From NCBI RefSeq assembly GCF_009914755.1, contig NC_060947.1: a stretch of DNA of 64,000 nucleotides; one strand, 5' to 3'. The first letter of the stretch is position 1; each line of letters begins with the position of its first letter. Both the position numbers and the translations under genes were made by a program. This document shows positions 60,161 to 64,000 of this stretch, piece by piece. The notes under the pieces were generated by a model that was not told the origin of the DNA, searched no databases, and worked only from the letters and a program-made list of their open reading frames with translations. The stretch comes from the human T2T-CHM13v2.0 reference genome, Homo sapiens.

Positions 60161-62539
60161 TATCAAGTAAATGCAAATGAATATAGCATTGAAACTAAGT
60201 GTGTGTACACAAAAAGCAAAGGAGTGATATGAGTAGGGTAAGCCTAACTTGAGAAGGTACCAACTTGGTTGACATACAAGTTAAAACTCTTAAAGCCTTA
60301 GGAGGTATGTTCCATAAATAAAGCTGTTTTGAAGTTCCACCAGAGTGTTATTTCTATTCAAAAAGCAATTCGGTTGCCTTAACCTACTCAAAGTAGAAAT
60401 AACCTTTCAGATACATGAATGCATTTTTCAGTATAGTTTCTCAGAAAAATTTTACAAGTTCTTTATATTTTGATTTTTTAACTTCATTCTAATAAGTGAA
60501 TAAAAAGTCAAAAACTTTTTTGTGTCGAAAGCTGGACTAGTCTGCTAATGATTATGCCAAGGAAAGACAAAAGTCTAAAATACATCGGTGTCATTCTACT
60601 GCTTGCTTTCAACCAAGGGACTCAAACAATGGTTGTTGTACTGTGAATACATAAATGTTTAAAACCATTCCACGGATATATGCCCTCAACAATTCTTCCA
60701 AACTATTCCTCTTAGCCTTCTTGCAGATAAAGGTCTTTGCATATTTTAAAATCTTGGATATAATTTCATTGCTTTGTGATAAGGGCTATAGAAATGCTGA
60801 GTTAGAATATAGTGAAAAAAAGCTATAGTTTGTGATATTGGGAGGAAAAAATAAACAACTTTTCAGATGTCTCTGGTAGCAAGAGTCTCTCTAACCAGGT
60901 ACATACATGTTTCAAATGTGGATTTAGATAAACCTTGTTTTTATATCAACTTTGTTATGAAATGTACTTAGTTTATCTCATATGTTTTTCTAATTTGTTA
61001 AAGGTGGATGTGGTATCATTTTTTGGAAGTAAGGAATAACATGTAGAAAGTCCAAATATTTCTCATATACAATTCAATTTCAAAAGAAACATTAATTTAA
61101 ATCACCCTTTGAAGCTAATCAGAAGACTTTTCTATGAAAACAGCTAGCTTAGCTCCTTGGAGTTAACTCTGAATGTGGTTTTGAAATTTAAACCTGCACG
61201 TGTGATTCAAATATGTTTTTATTGTTTTAAAGGCCCTAATATCTTTTTTAAAAAGGAACAACCTGCAAGCCAAATGATTAGATAATAAATATGTGTATTT
61301 CAGGGGGTAAGCAGAAGGTACTTAACATACTGTCTAATTGTTTTTTCCTCCTGTGATTTCTATGCCACACAGAAGCTCTGACAGTAATAGTTATCCATTT
61401 TTCATGCCATTCAAAAAGTTCTAGTAGGAGGTCTTCAATTTTTAGTGATACTTTAAATAAACTATGATGGCATTCTGAAATATATCTAGGTTGGGATTTC
61501 TTTCCAAGCTATTTTTTGAACAGAAACCTTTTCAAGAAAGGAGCTTTTCCAGGATCTACTATGGAGTCTCTCGCCAAGTGCCTCAATGAAAAATCCATTC
61601 ACAGCCTGCCCTACAATGAACCATTTAGAGTGGTTTAAATGATTGTGCTACAACTATCCAATATGAACGTTTAAAAACTGGCAATAGTGTATCTGTCCTT
61701 CCAAGGTAAATTAAGTAGTGTGACAGAATCTAAGATATAAGAATACTATATGGAGGTTGCTGTTTTGCCTCTGGTGAAGCTGTTAGCCACTGAATTTTAC
61801 AAAGAGAGGAGGACTGGGGCTCAGTGGAAATAAGTATACTCAGGTATTAGGCATAGTCAATGTTAACCCTGAGAGGTAAGAAAGCTACAATGAGGTTGAG
61901 TGGATATATAATTGTAGTAATTTACTCCTAGATTAATGTAGACAGAACTACAGGTATGATATATTTATATATAGGTATATTCCTCATCTACTCAGTTGCC
62001 ATGTACACAATAGCATTATGAGATCATAACAACCATTGTGAAAGGGGAAATTAATTTGTCTGCCTGATGCAAAATTATCAGGTTGATTAATTGATGGCTA
62101 TATCCTCTGCCAGATAACAAACTTTTCATGTCATATAAGTTCAGGATTTTGAAAGTATTTTATTACTAATAATTATGAGAAAATAGGGATGACAGTTAAC
62201 TACGCCCTTCTTTGAAGAGCTCATCTATATTGGTTTGGTATATTCTTCTACATGTTCTTCTCTTAATGCTCTGATTTTTCCTTTTTATATTCTTTAAGGA
62301 CAACTTTTCACATATTTCATAACATTTGTGTTCCTCACTCCTCAATTCATAACTCTCATGTATATCTACTCCAATGACTGAAATTTAATAGTTTTATTTC
62401 TTATTTACTTAAAGATTTATATATCTATATAGTTCTATATATTACCCTTTTATTTATTTCTGGACACTTCTTCATATTTATTTTATTTTTGCAATTTTTA
62501 TGAATAAATCTGTAGAGTTCAAATTCTATGTATAAAATC

Positions 62540-62770
62540 AAACACATCATTACTTCCCTCTCCACTTCTCCAAACCTGTATTCTTATGCTCTTATTTTCT
62601 GTTATGATTTCACCATCTGCCCAGTCAGCACACATTACAAATTTAGCCCTCCTTATTATTATTTTTTCATATTTCCTCCCTTCCTCAAACAATCAATCAT
62701 TCACAAAGTCTAACCTATTTTTCCCTTAACAATATTTTATCCATCTCCTCTTTCATGTTCCAATTATATC
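62540..62770 (+). mobile_element. Degenerate L2 fragment
   Basis: CCAAACCTG...CACCATCTGCCCAGT...CAATCAATCA...AAGTC. Confidence 0.5.
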
Positions 62771-63793
62771 ATTCCAGTTCTGGTTCTCATTTTCTCTCAA
62801 CTATTCATTTCCCAGCAATGGCTATATATATGCTTTTTAGAAAATATCTTAAACTTCCCTCAAGGACCCACTCAAATGCATCTCCTCAGTAAATGCTAGT
62901 AGAAGGCTGTCTTCTCTTTGCTCCTGTTTTCTTGGTTGTACACGTGCTATGATATCTAACTAGAGCCAATATATGCTTTCCACATTTGTGCAGAGATTTT
63001 AAGTTCTAAGATCGTATGGGCCATACCATATATTTTCCCCCATTGGGCCTACCTCTACACCTGTGTGGAGTAGAAATTGTATACATATTTGCTTAGATAA
63101 ACTGAACCCAGAAAATTTTTCATAGTAAAGAATTTCATTGCTTTGAGGAAATTGGTCTTTGTTTTATATGGAGAAAAATATATCAGAAATTATTTGATTG
63201 GGGAATATATATTTTCTATAAGATGAAATGTAATCGTTTTATGTCTTGTTTACAGGTTTACTCAGATTTTATTTGTCTCTTTTGTTTTACTTATTTGAAT
63301 GAACTCATCAAATAATAGTTATTGTTTTGCTCAGTTGTTGCATAAAACAGTAGACCTTTCAGATGATTATTACCATAAGGAATTACTGAATAACTGATGT
63401 TTCACAAAGATAACAAGGTACTGGGGTTAAGACTGTTCTGAAAATTCTGAAATGTTCAAAGTGCAGGCTTTTGCAAAATTCTGTTGGCAAAGTACATCAC
63501 TTGTGGGTAGCAGTCTTTCAAAAGAAATAATTGTAGTTAGCACTTTCAAAGTAGTCTAATGGCCTCTGAATGCCTTCCCAATGAGTGGGGTAATGTATTA
63601 CTGGACTACCAATGGTTTTGCCTTTTGTGTGACCTCACCCAGTTTTTATGAGATGAAAATCCCAGGATACTCATCATTATTCATGCATTACAATTGTTCA
63701 TTCTCTTTCTTTCTTTTTATGACAATTTCCCCTGCCGCTTTCACTATTCAGAGGAGAAGCAATCTTGGAATGAATTTAAAAACTGAGATTTCC

Positions 63794-63920
63794 TAATACA
63801 TGTGGGGCTTAACACCTAGGTGATGGGTGGATAGGTGCAGCAAACCACCATGGCACACATTTACCTATGTAACAAACCTGCACGTCCTGCACATGTATCC
63901 CAGAACTTAAATTTAATTTA
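63794..63920 (+). mobile_element. Short L1PA (PA10/11-like) 3' end
   Basis: GGGGCTTAACACCTAGGTGATGGG...GCAGCAAACCACCATGGCAC...TGTATCCCAGAACTTAAA. Confidence 0.88.
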
Positions 63921-64000
63921 ACTTTTAAAAAACCCTTAGATTTCCACAGGGCCGCCCATCCAACTTTTATATTGCAGGAATTATCTATCCAAAATGAAAC

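Noticed and set aside
61523-61710. Possible + strand exon (TTTTTTGAACAG ... AAG/GTAAAT)
   Set aside because: The frames I translated contain stops, and there is no independent evidence for a non-coding exon.

Overview
This window is AT-rich primate genomic DNA, most likely human: one L1 carries the ACG 3'UTR triplet diagnostic of young human L1s. I found no host protein-coding exon that I can support. Every long ORF that matches a protein I recognise is a LINE-1 remnant; the rest are antisense or chance frames, mostly inside repeats. From about 15.7 to 57.2 kb the window is an almost continuous stack of nested LINE-1s of many ages (L1ME/MB/MA, L1PA13-like, L1PA6/7, L1PA2/3). It also holds a complete THE1B element, MLT1/LTR16/LTR33-type LTRs, two Alus, MIR, L2 and MER5. 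The most interesting observations are: (1) two neighbouring twin-primed L1PA2/3 copies that form a nested ~8.3 kb fold-back plus a 546 bp direct repeat, and share at least four non-consensus bases, suggesting gene conversion; (2) five 5'-inverted L1s, three with breakpoints in the same ~110 nt of ORF2; (3) a young ACG/A L1HS-like insertion with a perfect 14 bp TSD; (4) a 33 nt tailless U2 snRNA retrocopy with a TSD; (5) a three-monomer higher-order repeat array in an ancient L1 5'UTR. I see no evidence for a new protein-coding system. Subfamily names come from recalled consensus features, not from a RepeatMasker run.
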